Below are positions 8,931 to 25,034 of a stretch of DNA of 57,500 nt, one piece after another; within the stretch, counting starts at the first letter, position 1; the number at the start of each line of letters is the position of its first letter. The stretch covers positions 1 to 57,500 of the forward strand of contig JAHFAI010000006.1 in the NCBI GenBank assembly GCA_023250635.1. Reading direction: 5' to 3'. The notes beneath the pieces are model-generated. The model saw nothing but the letters and a program-made list of their open reading frames with translations, was not told the origin of the DNA and ran no database searches. Position numbers and translations under genes: made by a program. The DNA is from Deltaproteobacteria bacterium. GTDB taxonomy: Bacteria > Bdellovibrionota_B > Oligoflexia > Oligoflexales > Bog-1112.

Positions 8931-9638
8931 CTACAGGAGGTGATAAACCACCCCAATACCAAGCCACTGATCGCGTTTACTCATTTTAACATTTTCCACG
9001 TCCGCGCCAAGAAGATCAGGAGGTGTCGCATAGAGAATCTTCCTTTGGTGAAGCTCAAAACGCGCTCCCCAAAACAGTGCCGAATATAATTCCACCGCAT
9101 ACCCCAGATCATAACTCGGTTGCATGGTGGTTTTGAGCCGTACCGGAACCTCACTTCCGCTTTCAGAAAAACCCTCGAGCCGTTCAAGATAATGTTCAAC
9201 GGTAAGCAAAAAGCTCCATTGGGGGTTAAGGTTCCAAACTATCCCCGCCAAAGCCCCAGGCAGGCGCCACACCTGCCCCACCTCTAAATTAGTGCTGCCA
9301 CGAGTATCTTCATAATTAAAACCACAAGAAGAACCGAGCAAATAACCGAAGGGGGAACCCGAGTTAAAAGGAATGCGAAAGGAATATTCAAATTTTGCTG
9401 CTACCCCAGCCGTAGAGTAAGTTTGCTTGTCTTCAGTAGCGAGCTGCTGATACTGCCATGTTCCCTGAGTAGAGGCAAAGATAAAGGCAAGATGATGGTT
9501 TCTCCTAAATTCCTGGACCGTGCTATTCCACAGTAGAGGTTTTGTCGGAACCAGGGGCTCCGCAGCCAACGCCCTTGCTGCTAGGCCCGCAAGCACAAGA
9601 TAGGTGAAAAACAACATCACACACAGGCCTCGGGCCAC
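8931..9638 (-). CDS. Probable small outer-membrane beta-barrel protein
   Basis: Signal peptide (ALA-AE), alternating amphipathic strands, C-terminal WLGIGVVYHLL beta-signal-like end. Confidence 0.6.
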   Translation of the reverse strand: MARGLCVMLFFTYLVLAGLAARALAAEPLVPTKPLLWNSTVQEFRRNHHLAFIFASTQGTWQYQQLATEDKQTYSTAGVAAKFEYSFRIPFNSGSPFGYLLGSSCGFNYEDTRGSTNLEVGQVWRLPGALAGIVWNLNPQWSFLLTVEHYLERLEGFSESGSEVPVRLKTTMQPSYDLGYAVELYSALFWGARFELHQRKILYATPPDLLGADVENVKMSKRDQWLGIGVVYHLL

Positions 9639-9745
9639 TTTATACCCCCTGATTTTTTTCGTCGCTGACTTAGTGCTACTAAAGGATTATAGGTAGTATT
9701 CTAAGCGTAAAGTTTATCATTAATCTCTTAGGAAGCTTACTTTTT

Positions 9746-10870
9746 ATGCTTGAATCACTACTTACGGTCTTGCCTGCACCCTCTGACTCGACCAGCCTTC
9801 TTCTGCTGGCTGTTGGTGTTTTCCTAATCCTCGTCTCTGTTGCTATAAGCCTATGGTACCGTAGCAAGCGAAAAAGCCCCGAGGAAATCCCCTCTGCCCC
9901 CACATCGAAACCGCCGTTTCCCCCTCCAGAAGGGCTGAGCAAAGCTCCTGTAAGCGCATGGTTAGCCACCCTCCACAGCGGCCTGAGTAAAACCCGCTCG
10001 GCGCTGCAGGCTAGCTTAGAACCTCTTTTTGCCGGGCGAGCAGCCCTTTCGCCCGAGCGTCTTGAGGAACTCCACGAAGTGCTCTTTCGCGCTGATTTGG
10101 GAATCGCCACCGCCGACAAATTGGTCCACCACGTAAAAACCGTGGTACGGACTAACGAAACCTATGGGTGGAACGAAATCAAGACGATCTTACAAAGTAA
10201 GATCTGCGAAATGTTGCTCGCCAAAAACCCTGCTCTCCCCCTCCGCTATCCTGAAAAGGGGCCCCTGGTCATTCTTATCGTCGGGGTCAATGGGGTCGGT
10301 AAGACCACGAGTATCGGTAAACTAGCTGCGTATTTTCGCAGCCAGAATAAATCGGTACTGCTCTGTGCAGGCGATACTTTTCGGGCTGCGGCTATCGATC
10401 AACTCAAATTGTGGGGGGAACGCCTCGGGGTTGATACCATTGCCCAGCTCCCCGGCAGTGATCCAGCAGCAGTAGCCTTTGACGGGGTAAACGCGGCGGT
10501 CTCTCGTGGCTACGAGGTTCTCCTTATCGATACTGCGGGACGCCTCCATAGCAAAAATAACCTGATGGCCGAGCTCGATAAGATAAAGCGGGTACTCGCC
10601 AAAGCCCTGGCTGAGGCCCCCCATGAAACCTGGCTCATAATCGATGCGACGACCGGACAAAACGCAGTCCAGCAAGTCAAGGCTTTTAAGGAGGTGGCTG
10701 AGATTAGCGGTATCATCGCCACCAAACTAGATGGCACGGCAAAAGGTGGTATTTTGATAGGGATCAATGAGCAATTCAACCTCCCGATTCGCTTTATCGG
10801 CGTAGGAGAAAAGGCCGAGGACTTGCGTCCCTTTAATGCCGAGGACTTTGCTGCTAGTATCTTTTCTTGA
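9746..10870 (+). CDS. ftsY: SRP receptor FtsY with N-terminal membrane anchor
   Basis: GVNGVGKTTSIGKLA, DTFRAAA, DTAGR, TKLDGTAKGG, GVGE. Confidence 0.97.
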   Translation: MLESLLTVLPAPSDSTSLLLLAVGVFLILVSVAISLWYRSKRKSPEEIPSAPTSKPPFPPPEGLSKAPVSAWLATLHSGLSKTRSALQASLEPLFAGRAALSPERLEELHEVLFRADLGIATADKLVHHVKTVVRTNETYGWNEIKTILQSKICEMLLAKNPALPLRYPEKGPLVILIVGVNGVGKTTSIGKLAAYFRSQNKSVLLCAGDTFRAAAIDQLKLWGERLGVDTIAQLPGSDPAAVAFDGVNAAVSRGYEVLLIDTAGRLHSKNNLMAELDKIKRVLAKALAEAPHETWLIIDATTGQNAVQQVKAFKEVAEISGIIATKLDGTAKGGILIGINEQFNLPIRFIGVGEKAEDLRPFNAEDFAASIFS

Positions 10871-10895
10871 CAAGGAGCAGGAAGCCTTATAGGTT
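10867..10895 (+). promoter_or_regulatory. sigma70 promoter of tRNA-Val, overlapping the ftsY stop
   Basis: TTGACA(10867)-N17-TAGGTT(10890), 12 nt upstream of the tRNA 5' end. Confidence 0.6.
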
Positions 10896-10907
10896 TTCCG
10901 TTCTTGC

Positions 10908-10984
10908 AGGGGTGTAGCTCAGTTGGTTAGAGCGCTACGTTGACATCGTAGAGGTCTCCAGTTCGAATCTGGACATCCCTACCA
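10908..10984 (+). tRNA. tRNA-Val(GAC)
   Basis: AGGGGTG/CATCCCT acceptor, CTACG-TTGACAT-CGTAG anticodon arm, GTTCGAATC T-loop, encoded ACCA. Confidence 0.97.
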
Positions 10985-11000
10985 CGCACGAAATAATTTC

Positions 11001-13070
11001 CTAACTTAGCCCCATTTTTTGCAATGTTTCCTGGCCAACCTTGATATAATCTTTAAATTTCATCGTATACGTCCCTCGCCCCTGACTGAGGCTGCGTAGG
11101 ACTGAGGCATAGCCGAAGATCTTAGCTAAAGCGACGCTGACGCTTATTTCCTGTAAGGCGCCATGATGAGAGACTTGGTTTACCTTGGCTTTACGGGAAT
11201 TAAGATCCAAAATCACCGCCGAAACGTAGTTCTCCGGCACCAGAATCTCTACTTCCATTTCAGGTTCCATCAGCATGGGCTTAGCCTTTGCTAAGGCCTG
11301 ACGAGTTGCCGCCGCAGCCGCGATACGGTAAGCGACAATATCCGCTGATTCGGGGGAAAAACTCCCCCCTACTAAACTGAGTGAAGCATAGACCACGGGA
11401 AAGCCTGAAAGTGGACCAGCCAAGAGGGTTTCTTCCACCCCTTCTTTTACTGCCTGAACAAATGCCGGTGGCAATAGATTTTTAGGCTGCTTTGCACAAA
11501 ACTCGTTGGCGATTTTTTCGCCAACAAACTCCAACTGCAGTTTGACGTGGGCAGTTTTAGTGGTCCCCGCAATCTCACGCACAAAGCGCTCCTCCGCCTC
11601 AACACTCGCCTGAACGCCTTCTCGGTAAGCTACCTGAGGAGAACCGATAGTAGCACCCACATTAAACTCGCGCTTGAGACGATCGCAAATAATCTCGAGG
11701 TGAAGCTCCCCCATGCCACCAATCAACAGCTGTCCTGTTTCTTTGTCTTCCTTAACTCGAAAGGACGGATCTTCAACCTTGAGACGCTCCAAGGCCTTTT
11801 CCAGCTTAAGTGAATCAGCAGTACTAGCTGGTTCAATCGCCACATACAAAACCGGATCGGGAAAAACCAGAGACTCAAAAAACACCATATGCTTTTGATC
11901 GCAGACCGTATCTCCGGTCATCACCAGCTTTGGACCAGCAATGGCAACAATATCTCCAGCTTGGGCAGAAGGTAATTCAAAGCGACTTCCCGCTTCCATT
12001 TGAAAGATCTTATGCACCCGCTCACGTTTAGCGAGCCGGGGAATAAACACCACGGACCCAGCGCTAAGCGAGCCAGAATAAATCCGCATAAAATAGACCT
12101 GGCCCACAAAGGGGTCGGTAGCGATCTTAAAAATATAGCCTGCAAATGGCCCGTCGAGATCACGCTTCCAGCTCAGCACCTCCTGGTGTTCCATGTCTTT
12201 AAAAGCAGCTATTGCGGGGAGATCAGTAGGGGCAGGCAGGTAACGAGTAATAGCGTCGAGCAGCGGCTGAATGCCGCGATTTTTAAAGGCACTGCCTCCC
12301 AATACCGGCACAATTTTAAGCTGCGTGGTCCCCAAGCGTAGGAGACGATGAATTTCCTCCTCACTTACCTCCTTGCCCTCGAGATAACGTTCCATTACCT
12401 CATCATCGAACTCAATAACGGCTTCAATAAGCTTCTCCCGGGCAGCCTGAGCTTCACTCAGCAGCTCGCTGGGAATTTCTCCACCCTCACAGAAATCATC
12501 AGCCTTGCCATCTCCTTGGGGCCAGAGCAGGGTACGCATGCTAATAAGATCTACCATGCCCACAAACGCATCTTCACGGCCAAGGGGAAGCTGAATAGCA
12601 ATGGGGTTTGCCCCTAAGCGGCTTCTAATCGACTCAAGGGCGGCAGAGAAATCGCCACCAATACGATCAAGTTTGTTAATAAAGCAAATGCGCGGCACTT
12701 GATAGTTGTTTGCCTGACGCCAAACGGTTTCTGTTTGCGACTCGACCCCGTGTACCCCATCGAATACCGCAACCGCACCATCGAGCACCCGTAATGAACG
12801 TTCTACCTCAATGGTAAAATCCACGTGTCCTGGGGTGTCAATAATATTGAGTTTATGCCCCTTCCACCCACAGCTAATCACCGCTGCGGTAATCGTTATA
12901 CCACGCTCTTGTTCCTGAACCATCCAGTCCATGGTGGCAGTCCCTTCGTGGACTTCCCCAACTTTATGAATTTTGCCTGTATAGAAAAGAATACGCTCGG
13001 TGGTGGTGGTTTTACCCGCATCGATATGCGCCATAATGCCAATATTGCGAATCGTAGAAAGAGACTTCAT
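11001..13070 (-). CDS. fusA: Elongation factor G, divergent (spdEFG2-like) copy in the str operon
   Basis: [34 protein letters not shown]; domain IV motifs degenerate; ATG 13070 preferred over TTG 13169, which lies in a terminator hairpin. Confidence 0.93.
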   Translation of the reverse strand: MKSLSTIRNIGIMAHIDAGKTTTTERILFYTGKIHKVGEVHEGTATMDWMVQEQERGITITAAVISCGWKGHKLNIIDTPGHVDFTIEVERSLRVLDGAVAVFDGVHGVESQTETVWRQANNYQVPRICFINKLDRIGGDFSAALESIRSRLGANPIAIQLPLGREDAFVGMVDLISMRTLLWPQGDGKADDFCEGGEIPSELLSEAQAAREKLIEAVIEFDDEVMERYLEGKEVSEEEIHRLLRLGTTQLKIVPVLGGSAFKNRGIQPLLDAITRYLPAPTDLPAIAAFKDMEHQEVLSWKRDLDGPFAGYIFKIATDPFVGQVYFMRIYSGSLSAGSVVFIPRLAKRERVHKIFQMEAGSRFELPSAQAGDIVAIAGPKLVMTGDTVCDQKHMVFFESLVFPDPVLYVAIEPASTADSLKLEKALERLKVEDPSFRVKEDKETGQLLIGGMGELHLEIICDRLKREFNVGATIGSPQVAYREGVQASVEAEERFVREIAGTTKTAHVKLQLEFVGEKIANEFCAKQPKNLLPPAFVQAVKEGVEETLLAGPLSGFPVVYASLSLVGGSFSPESADIVAYRIAAAAATRQALAKAKPMLMEPEMEVEILVPENYVSAVILDLNSRKAKVNQVSHHGALQEISVSVALAKIFGYASVLRSLSQGRGTYTMKFKDYIKVGQETLQKMGLS

Positions 13071-13140
13071 TGCTGATCCATGTTTTTTGCTGGATATTGC
13101 GAAGGAACTGCGGGGTAAGACGAAATAAAGTTTTTCAGTA

Positions 13141-13186
13141 GAAAAATTGGGGGGGAGAGACTTTTCCAAAGAAAAGTCTCTCCCCC
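13141..13186 (-). terminator. Strong hairpin / intrinsic terminator between rpsG and fusA
   Basis: Perfect 16-bp stem GGGGGAGAGACTTTTC-caaa-GAAAAGTCTCTCCCCC (13151..13186); followed on the minus strand by CCAATTTTTC. Confidence 0.7.
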
Positions 13187-13192
13187 AAGAAA

Positions 13193-13681
13193 CTACCAGC
13201 GGTAGTGGGCAAAGGCTTTGTTAGCTTCGGCCATTTTGTGTACGTCTTCACGCTTTTTAACGGCGAGTCCACGCTTTTGGGCAGCGTCAAGAAGCTCTGA
13301 AGCTAGGCGCTCACGCATGCTTTTGCCGGGTTTTTGCCGAGAATACTCGATGATCCAACGGAAGGCGAGAGCTTGGCGACGCTCAGGACGAACCTCCACA
13401 GGCACCTGGTAGTTGGAACCACCAACTCGACGGCTTTTAACTTCGAGCATAGGCTTAGTGTTTTCTAGGGCCAATTTAAAAACATCGACCACACTGCTAC
13501 ACTGGGGAATATGCTTGAAGCCTTTTTTATCGATCAGCTCAAGGGCACCGTAAAACTGCTTCTCAGCAGCAGAACGCTTACCATCTTTCATCATGCAGCA
13601 GACAAATTTACTGACTACTTCATCATTGTAGATCGGATCAGGGAATACTTCGCGTTTAATAACTTTGCGACGACGTGACAT
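13193..13681 (-). CDS. rpsG: 30S ribosomal protein S7
   Basis: [29 protein letters not shown]. Confidence 0.99.
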   Translation of the reverse strand: MSRRRKVIKREVFPDPIYNDEVVSKFVCCMMKDGKRSAAEKQFYGALELIDKKGFKHIPQCSSVVDVFKLALENTKPMLEVKSRRVGGSNYQVPVEVRPERRQALAFRWIIEYSRQKPGKSMRERLASELLDAAQKRGLAVKKREDVHKMAEANKAFAHYRW

Positions 13682-13696
13682 CGTTTACTAACTCCA

Positions 13697-14071
13697 TTAT
13701 TTCTTAGGCTTTTTAGCCCCGTATTTACTGCGTGCTTGCCGACGTTTTGACACCCCTTGGGTATCAAGCGAGCCCCTAACGATGTGATAACGAACCCCAG
13801 GAAGGTCTTTTACCTTACCGCCACGAACCAGTACCACACTGTGTTCTTGGAGGTTGTGGCCTTCACCACCAATATACGAGGTAACTTCAGAACCGTTAGT
13901 GAGCCGAACCCTTGCTACCTTGCGCAAGGCAGAGTTAGGCTTTTTGGGGGTCGTCGTATAAACCCGTACGCATACGCCGCGCTTTGACGGGCATTGTTGG
14001 AGGGCTGGTCCCTTCGACTTTACCGTCTGCTTGCGGCGACTCTTTTTTATAATCTGACTAATTGTTGGCAT
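13697..14071 (-). CDS. rpsL: 30S ribosomal protein S12
   Basis: [29 protein letters not shown]. Confidence 0.99.
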   Translation of the reverse strand: MPTISQIIKKSRRKQTVKSKGPALQQCPSKRGVCVRVYTTTPKKPNSALRKVARVRLTNGSEVTSYIGGEGHNLQEHSVVLVRGGKVKDLPGVRYHIVRGSLDTQGVSKRRQARSKYGAKKPKK

Positions 14072-14178
14072 ATTAACCTTTTACCTTTACCATTCTGCGA
14101 AACTTCCGCCATAGACTTATCAAAGTAGCCGTGGTCTCGCAATTGTTTTTTTCCCAGACACTGTATGCTGTATAGCGC

Positions 14179-18339
<4,161 letters not shown>

Positions 18340-18373
18340 AGCGAACTCCTATGCCCCAAACAAACCGTGGTGG

Positions 18374-21300
18374 TTAGATCAATTCCAAGTTTACTTCTTT
18401 ACCGTCCGATTTGATCAAATTGACGTCTAACGCTAAGCTCTGTAGTTCTTTAACGAGAACATTGAAGCTCTCAGGCAAGCCTGGAGTTGCAGCGTTAAGT
18501 CCTTTGACAATGGACTCATACATACGGGTTCTTCCTGACACGTCATCAGATTTCACCGTTAACATCTCTTGCAGAGTATAGGCGGCGCCATAGGCTTCCA
18601 TTGCCCATACTTCCATCTCACCAAGACGTTGACCTCCGAATTGCGCCTTACCACCAAGGGGCTGCTGGGTTACCAACGAGTACGGACCAATCGAACGAGC
18701 ATGTATCTTCTCATCAACCAAGTGATGGAGCTTGAGCATGTACATAACCCCAACCGTCACTTTACTGTGGAAGGCTTCCCCGGTTAGACCGTCAAAGAGA
18801 CGGGTCTGCCCGGTTTTTACGCAGCCTGCCAGCTCAAGTAACGCTTCAATTTCGCCTTCGTTGGCACCATCGAATACAGGGTTAGCCAAATGCACCCCTT
18901 CACGATATTTGCGGACAAAGTCTTTTAACTGCTCATCGCTACAAGTGGTTACAAATTCGGCGACGTCAGCTTTAACATCATCCGTATCCCAAATGCTTAA
19001 GCAATATTTTTCGATCGCTGGACGATCAAAGCTCTCTTCAACCATTTGGTTGAGTTTCTTACCAAGGTTGCGAGCCGCCCACCCTAAGTGGGTCTCCAAA
19101 ATCTGTCCGACGTTCATCCGGCTCGGTACACCCAAGGGGTTAAGCACCACGTCGACGGGAGTTCCATCTTCAGTAAAGGGCATATCCTGCTCAGGTAAAA
19201 TACGCGAGACGACACCTTTGTTACCATGACGTCCTGCCATTTTATCACCAACTCGGAGCTTACGCTTAATGGCGACGTAAACTTTCACCATTTTGACCAC
19301 CCCAGGAGGCAATTCATCGCCCTTGACGATCTTAGCCATCTGCTCTTCGGAGATGTACCTAATCTGGTTAATCTTCTCCTGGAGGTTCTGTAGCACCAAG
19401 GAAAGTTCATTGGTCTTACCCGCGTCGCTAATCGCCAACTGTGGCCAGTTGATATAGCCAATTTTCTCGAGGGTCTCGGCATCGATTTTCGTGCCCTTAG
19501 CCAGAACTTTCTCGCCTTTTTTATTGCTGATATCGTTAGCCGTTTTGGCCCCTGCCGAGATCTTTAGAATCTTACGCATGGCCGATTCTTTGACGATACC
19601 AATACGATCTGCTTCGTCTTTACGCAAACGAGCAGAGTCTTCTTCCTCAATCTGCAGACTGCGAACGTCTTTATCTGAGCCTTCACGGGAGAAGACTTTG
19701 CAGCCGATCACCGTACCGGTTACCCCGGGTGGTACCCGCAAGGAGGTATCGCGTACATCACCAGCCTTTTCGCCAAAGATAGCCCGCAAGAGCTTCTCTT
19801 CAGGAGTTAACTGAGTCTCACCCTTGGGAGTAATCTTGCCGACGAGAATATCTCCGGGGGCTACTTCAGCACCGATGCGGATTATGCCGGCGCTATCCAA
19901 TTGACCAAGAGCTTCTTCGCCAACATTGGGAATATCGGCGGTGATTTCTTCCTGACCCAGTTTCGTATCTCGGGAGATACACTCAAATTCTTGAATATGA
20001 ATTGAGGTATAGAGATCCTCCTTGACCACCCGTTCGGAGATCAAGATGGAATCCTCAAAATTGTAACCATTCCAAGCCATGAAGGCCACGGTGACGTTTT
20101 GCCCAAGAGCTAGCTCGCCTTTTTCGGTGGCAAAACCATCGGCGATTACATCGCCCTGAATAACCTTCTCCCCAACCATAACGATGGGTTTCTGATTGAT
20201 ACAGGTATCAAGGTTAGAGCGGCGATATTTCTTCAGCTTATAGATATCTACGTCAGCCCCAACTTCAGAAGAACGGTCTTCAACGCTGTCTTCAACATTG
20301 ACAACCTTAACGAGAATACGCTCAGCGTCGACACTAACTACCTCGCCACTGCGCTTACAAACCACCGAAGCACCAGAGTCGCGAGCAACGATTTTTTCCA
20401 TACCCGTACCAATCAGCGGGGCGCTGGTCTTGGTAAGAGGCACGGCTTGACGCATCATGTTCGAACCCATCAAAGCGCGGTTCGCATCATCGTTTTGGAG
20501 GAAGGGAATAAGACTTGCAGCAACCGAAACCAGCTGGCTGGTGGCCACATCTTTAATATCCGCTTCTTCAAAACGGACCATCTCCGCTTCTCCGCGGCGT
20601 CGAGCGGCAACGTACTCATCGGGATTAGTCGGCACATCACGGCTTGCTTGAGCAATTACATGGCCCAAATGCTCTTCCGTTGCGGTGTAATATTTTACCC
20701 CGGCTTTTTCATTAAAATCCTGATAGGGAGTTTCAATAAAGCCGTAGGGGTTTACCCGAGCGTAAGAAGCCAGTGACGAAATCAAACCAATGTTTGGACC
20801 TTCCGGCGTCTCAATCGGGCAAATTCGCCCATAATGGGTAGGATGCACATCGCGCACTTCGAAACCAGCCCGCTCTCTGCTCAAACCACCTGGTCCAAGA
20901 GCCGACAGACGACGCTTGTGGGTGATCTCCGAAAGTGGATTGGTTTGATCCATAAACTGGCTTAGCTGGGAAGAACCAAAGAATTCTTTGACCACCGCTG
21001 AGGCCGGCTTATTATTGATAAAATCATGGGGTAAAAGGGTATCAACGTCCTGCAATTGCAGACGTTCACGAATAGCCCGTTCAATGCGGAGAAGACCAAT
21101 GCGATATTGGTTCTCGAGAAGCTCACCAACGGCTCGTACCCGACGATTACCCAAGTGATCGATATCGTCTACCTCGCCTTGGCCTGTTTTCAACTTTAAG
21201 AGGAAGGCGATCGTCTGGAGAATATCGTCTTTGGTGAGCGTGCGTTGCTCAATAGGTTCATTGAGTCCCAAACGTTCATTAAGCTTAAGCCGACCGACAG

Positions 21301-22519
21301 CGCTTAAATCATAACGATCAGGATTGAAAAATAAATTGGTAAACAAGGTTTCGGCGTGATCTACCGTGGGTGGATCACCAGGACGAAGACGTTTATAGAT
21401 TTCGAGCAGCGCCTCTTCGCGACTCGAGACCTTATCACCCAAGAGCGTTTGGCGCAGGGTATAATCAACGTTAATACCGTCGATAAAGAGGATATCGAAT
21501 ACTTTTATGCCATTTTTGGTGAGGGTCTCGAGTTCGTGTTGAGTAATTTCCGTATTAACGGGTACCAACACCTCACCATCGCTGGTTACCACATCGGAGG
21601 CCACAACCTTACCGAGGAGATCGTCGTAGGAGATCGCCTCGTGTTTTAAGCCGGCATCTTTCATCTGGCGAATAGCGCCCACGGAAATACGCCGGCCCTT
21701 CTTGACGAAGACCTTGCCGGTCTCAGGCTCAATAATATCCGCACTGGCCCGTTGCCCACGCAGCAGTTCAAAATCGAGCTGGCGATGATAGATATTGTTC
21801 TCATCGCGGACGATAACTTCTTTTTTGTAGAAGAGTCCGAGCAATTCCTCTTCGGAATAGCCGAGCGCCTTCAAAAGAATAGTCGCATGCATTTTCCGGC
21901 GGCGGTCAATGCGCACAAAGAGAATATCCCGGGAGTCAAACTCAAAATCGAGCCAACTACCCCGATACGGGATAACCCGAGCGGTATAGAGCAATTTGCC
22001 CACGCTGGAGCTTTTGCTCTTATCATTATCAAAGAATACCCCAGAAGAACGATGTAACTGCGAAACCACGACCCGTTCAGTACCGTTGATCACAAAGGTA
22101 CCGTTCTCGGTCATCAGCGGCATCTCGCCGAAGTAGACTTCCTGCTCTTTTACATCCCGGATATTGCGAACATTACTTTCCTTGTCCACATCCCAAATAA
22201 CTAAGCGAATTACCACCTTCAACGGGGCAGCATAGCTCATCCCCCGTTGGCGGCATTCGTCAACCGTGTACTTGGGTTTCTCGAAGGAATAACTGACAAA
22301 CTCAACGGTCGCCGTTTCTGCAAAATCGCAAATCGGGAATACGGAGTTAAAAACCGCCTGCAGCCCTACCTGCTCCCGCTTCTCGGCATCTACCCCATCT
22401 TGCAAAAAGAGATTATAACTAGTCTTCTGAATTTCGATCAAATAGGGGTGAGCTATGGCCGGAGTAATTTTTTGGTAGCTCTTGCGAAGCCGCGTATAGG
22501 AGGCGCCCAAAGACGACAT
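18374..22519 (-). CDS. rpoB: RNA polymerase beta subunit
   Basis: [50 protein letters not shown]. Confidence 0.99.
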   Translation of the reverse strand: MSSLGASYTRLRKSYQKITPAIAHPYLIEIQKTSYNLFLQDGVDAEKREQVGLQAVFNSVFPICDFAETATVEFVSYSFEKPKYTVDECRQRGMSYAAPLKVVIRLVIWDVDKESNVRNIRDVKEQEVYFGEMPLMTENGTFVINGTERVVVSQLHRSSGVFFDNDKSKSSSVGKLLYTARVIPYRGSWLDFEFDSRDILFVRIDRRRKMHATILLKALGYSEEELLGLFYKKEVIVRDENNIYHRQLDFELLRGQRASADIIEPETGKVFVKKGRRISVGAIRQMKDAGLKHEAISYDDLLGKVVASDVVTSDGEVLVPVNTEITQHELETLTKNGIKVFDILFIDGINVDYTLRQTLLGDKVSSREEALLEIYKRLRPGDPPTVDHAETLFTNLFFNPDRYDLSAVGRLKLNERLGLNEPIEQRTLTKDDILQTIAFLLKLKTGQGEVDDIDHLGNRRVRAVGELLENQYRIGLLRIERAIRERLQLQDVDTLLPHDFINNKPASAVVKEFFGSSQLSQFMDQTNPLSEITHKRRLSALGPGGLSRERAGFEVRDVHPTHYGRICPIETPEGPNIGLISSLASYARVNPYGFIETPYQDFNEKAGVKYYTATEEHLGHVIAQASRDVPTNPDEYVAARRRGEAEMVRFEEADIKDVATSQLVSVAASLIPFLQNDDANRALMGSNMMRQAVPLTKTSAPLIGTGMEKIVARDSGASVVCKRSGEVVSVDAERILVKVVNVEDSVEDRSSEVGADVDIYKLKKYRRSNLDTCINQKPIVMVGEKVIQGDVIADGFATEKGELALGQNVTVAFMAWNGYNFEDSILISERVVKEDLYTSIHIQEFECISRDTKLGQEEITADIPNVGEEALGQLDSAGIIRIGAEVAPGDILVGKITPKGETQLTPEEKLLRAIFGEKAGDVRDTSLRVPPGVTGTVIGCKVFSREGSDKDVRSLQIEEEDSARLRKDEADRIGIVKESAMRKILKISAGAKTANDISNKKGEKVLAKGTKIDAETLEKIGYINWPQLAISDAGKTNELSLVLQNLQEKINQIRYISEEQMAKIVKGDELPPGVVKMVKVYVAIKRKLRVGDKMAGRHGNKGVVSRILPEQDMPFTEDGTPVDVVLNPLGVPSRMNVGQILETHLGWAARNLGKKLNQMVEESFDRPAIEKYCLSIWDTDDVKADVAEFVTTCSDEQLKDFVRKYREGVHLANPVFDGANEGEIEALLELAGCVKTGQTRLFDGLTGEAFHSKVTVGVMYMLKLHHLVDEKIHARSIGPYSLVTQQPLGGKAQFGGQRLGEMEVWAMEAYGAAYTLQEMLTVKSDDVSGRTRMYESIVKGLNAATPGLPESFNVLVKELQSLALDVNLIKSDGKEVNLELI

Positions 22520-22555
22520 ATTTTGACTCCGAGATTAAAAAAGAGACAATAAATA

Positions 22556-22584
22556 TTCCCCTAAGCTAACTTAGCTTAGGGGAA
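22556..22584 (-). terminator. Hairpin (attenuator/terminator-like) between rplL and rpoB
   Basis: Perfect inverted repeat TTCCCCTAAGCTAA-c-TTAGCTTAGGGGAA followed by a U-rich tract on the minus strand. Confidence 0.6.
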
Positions 22585-22662
22585 CTTCCATGTTTTCTGG
22601 GTTTTATTCTCAATGTTTTATAGCATAGTACTTAATGAAAGGCGTATCAAATCGACTAACGA

Positions 22663-23043
22663 CTATTTGATTTCAATGGTCGCGCCTTCTTTTTCAAGCG
22701 CAGCTTTCATCTTCTCAGCTTCTTCCTTGCTAACCCCTTCTTTGAGGTTCTTAGGAGCGCCTTCGACCAAGTCTTTTGCTTCTTTCAGGCCCAAACCTGT
22801 AAATCCACGAACTTCCTTAATGACGTTAATTTTCTTATCGCCAAAGGCCTTCAAGACTACGGTAAATTCGGTCTGCTCTTCTTTCGCAGCACCGGCATCA
22901 GCGCCAGCAACGTGAGCAACAGCAACTGGAGCAGCAGCACTAACGCCGAAAACGCCTTCCAATTCCTTTACCAACGCAGCTGCGTCCAACAGGGTTAAGT
23001 TTCCTAGATATTCGACCACTTGTTCTTTAGTTAAACTAGACAT
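22663..23043 (-). CDS. rplL: 50S ribosomal protein L7/L12
   Basis: [29 protein letters not shown]. Confidence 0.99.
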   Translation of the reverse strand: MSSLTKEQVVEYLGNLTLLDAAALVKELEGVFGVSAAAPVAVAHVAGADAGAAKEEQTEFTVVLKAFGDKKINVIKEVRGFTGLGLKEAKDLVEGAPKNLKEGVSKEEAEKMKAALEKEGATIEIK

Positions 23044-23109
23044 TCTCTTTCCTCCGAGACTTTCTCAACTACCTCTGTGTAAGGCCAGTTGCTATTAAAC
23101 GTTACCCGA

Positions 23110-23634
23110 TTATGACTTCGCTTCTTTAATCGCGTTGATCACCCGAACCAGGTTCCCACTAACACCACCGATAACACGCAACAACCCTTGGTGGGGCGCC
23201 ACGATACTACCCAAAATCTTAGCCAGCAAGACTTCCTTGCTCGGCAACTGTGACAGGGCCTCGAGATCACTATACTCGAGAACATCCCCCGTCATTACCC
23301 CGCTCTTGACCTTGATCAGTTCGTGATCTTTAGCATAGGCCAGCAACGATTTTGCTGCCGCTGCAGCATCACCGTAAACAAAAATCCCAGCCAGAGGGCC
23401 TTTCAAACGATCGGTCAACAACACCACGTCGTCGTTGTTAACAATAGCTTTCTTAACAATGCGGTTGTTGAGTACTTTCAACTCGGCATTGACTTGACGT
23501 AATTTTACCCGAAGCTCAGCCATATCCGACGCCGTTGTCCCGCGAAATTCCGCGAGAAGACAGGCAGCCGTCTTATCAAAACGCGCGGAAAAGTCGTCGC
23601 GCAGCGCCATCTTATCAGCTTTAGTCTTAGCCAT
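23110..23634 (-). CDS. rplJ: 50S ribosomal protein L10
   Basis: Position between rplA and rplL; LRVKLR...KVLNN, LSQLPSKEVLLA. Confidence 0.95.
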   Translation of the reverse strand: MAKTKADKMALRDDFSARFDKTAACLLAEFRGTTASDMAELRVKLRQVNAELKVLNNRIVKKAIVNNDDVVLLTDRLKGPLAGIFVYGDAAAAAKSLLAYAKDHELIKVKSGVMTGDVLEYSDLEALSQLPSKEVLLAKILGSIVAPHQGLLRVIGGVSGNLVRVINAIKEAKS

Positions 23635-23711
23635 TTTCTTCTTCCTTTAACTCGGTAAGGATCCTTAGCAACCAGTTCTCGTGGGGAGTATTGCCTCTCC
23701 CCCAGCCACAC

Positions 23712-24404
23712 TTATCGGTAAGGGGTTGGGTCGATTTTAATTCCCGGTCCCATAGTTGCCGATAGAGCTATCCGTTTGAGATAGGTGCCTTTTGCCGTAC
23801 CAGGTTTTGCCTTATTAATGGCATCGATTACCGTACTGATGTTGTCGTGCAGCTCATTTGCCGCCATGCTTACCTTACCAACGGTAGTATGCACAATGCC
23901 TGCTTTGTCGATGCGGAATTGCGCCCGACCAGCTTTTAACTCACGAATCGCTGTGCCAACATCGAAGGTTACCGTGCCTAACTTGGGGTTCGGCATCAAG
24001 CCTCGTGGCCCCAATACTCGGCCTAGACGACCGACAACGGCCATCATATCAGGGGTCGCTACCACTTGATCAAAATCAAGCCAGCCGCCGCTGATTTTCT
24101 CAGCCAAATCGTCACCACCAACGAATTCAACACCGGCAGCTTGGGCTTCAGCTACTTTTTCACCTTTGGCAAATACCACAATCCGCACTTGCTTGCCCAA
24201 ACCATGGGGTAGAGGAGTAGCACCACGGATATTCTGATCTGCCTGACGGGGATCAAGATTGAGATTGATTGCTATATCAACAGTAGCAGGAAATTTTGCA
24301 TAGGAAGTCTGTTGAACAAGGCTCACCCCTTCGGCCAGGGAATAGAGCTTCGTGCGGTCGACCAGCGCCGCAACCTTCTTAAACTTTTTACCTTTTTTTG
24401 ACAT
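23712..24404 (-). CDS. rplA: 50S ribosomal protein L1
   Basis: LPHGLGK, LGPRGLMPNPKLGTVT, TMGPG; ATG 24404 with GGAGG RBS. Confidence 0.99.
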   Translation of the reverse strand: MSKKGKKFKKVAALVDRTKLYSLAEGVSLVQQTSYAKFPATVDIAINLNLDPRQADQNIRGATPLPHGLGKQVRIVVFAKGEKVAEAQAAGVEFVGGDDLAEKISGGWLDFDQVVATPDMMAVVGRLGRVLGPRGLMPNPKLGTVTFDVGTAIRELKAGRAQFRIDKAGIVHTTVGKVSMAANELHDNISTVIDAINKAKPGTAKGTYLKRIALSATMGPGIKIDPTPYR

Positions 24405-24416
24405 CGAACCTCCCAA

Positions 24417-24457
24417 GGCAGTCCAAACGAGCAGTCTCTCAGTACTGCTCTCCTACC
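24417..24457 (-). promoter_or_regulatory. Possible L1 autoregulatory RNA hairpin upstream of rplA
   Basis: GGTAG-GAG-AGCAGT-loop-ACTGCTC-GTTTGG-ACTGCC: stem/internal-loop/stem adjacent to the RBS. Confidence 0.35.
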
Positions 24458-24487
24458 AGGTGACTTATGCTTGCGAACAGAGGGTTT

Positions 24488-24910
24488 TTAAGAAACCGCA
24501 ATGCCCATACTACGAGCCGAACCCATAACGATTTTCTCAGCCGCTTCGGAATCGTAAGCGTTGAGATCAACCATCTTGGTTTTGGCGATTTCTTTTACTT
24601 GCGCCATGCTGATAGACCCTGCACTGTCCTTACCGGGGGTCTTTGAGCCTTTAGGCACGCCAGCGGCGCGCTTAATCAACTGAGAAACCGGCGGGGTCTT
24701 GGTAATAAACGTGAAAGACTTGTCGCTATAGATGGTGATAATCGTTGGGAGAATATCACCAGCTTGCTTCTGAGTCCGAGCGTTAAATTCCTTGCAAAAG
24801 CCCATAATATTGACGCCCTTTGGACCGAGAGCGGTACCAATTGGGGGTGCTGGGTTTGCTTTGCCAGCATGAATATGTAGTTTTACAAGTGCCGCAACTT
24901 TCTTGGCCAC
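24488..24910 (-). CDS. rplK: 50S ribosomal protein L11
   Basis: [35 protein letters not shown]. Confidence 0.99.
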   Translation of the reverse strand: MAKKVAALVKLHIHAGKANPAPPIGTALGPKGVNIMGFCKEFNARTQKQAGDILPTIITIYSDKSFTFITKTPPVSQLIKRAAGVPKGSKTPGKDSAGSISMAQVKEIAKTKMVDLNAYDSEAAEKIVMGSARSMGIAVS

Positions 24911-25034
24911 TAGCCTGCCTCCGTTATCACCCTACGCTAGCTATATCAAGCTAGTGCTGTTCCTGAAACATAAATGGGTTCTTTATGCCCATTACCACAA
25001 TTTGTCAAACTAAAAAGCTTCCTGAGAACTTGTC

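Noticed and set aside
10908-10984. tRNA-Val or the other tRNAs as island integration sites
   Set aside because: No duplicated tRNA 3' end was noticed and the flanking genes are core genes.
13071-13169. N-terminal extensions in the ORF track for fusA (also PilZ, HU, secE, tuf, rplA, ntrX, SDR, fadE)
   Set aside because: The extensions overlap hairpins, tRNAs or neighbouring genes or lack an RBS; downstream ATGs fit the family N-termini better.
13780-13830. S12 RGGKVKD (Arg to Lys) and RpoB NMMRQ variants as resistance alleles
   Set aside because: Conservative changes; the main streptomycin Lys residues and rifampicin cluster I are canonical.
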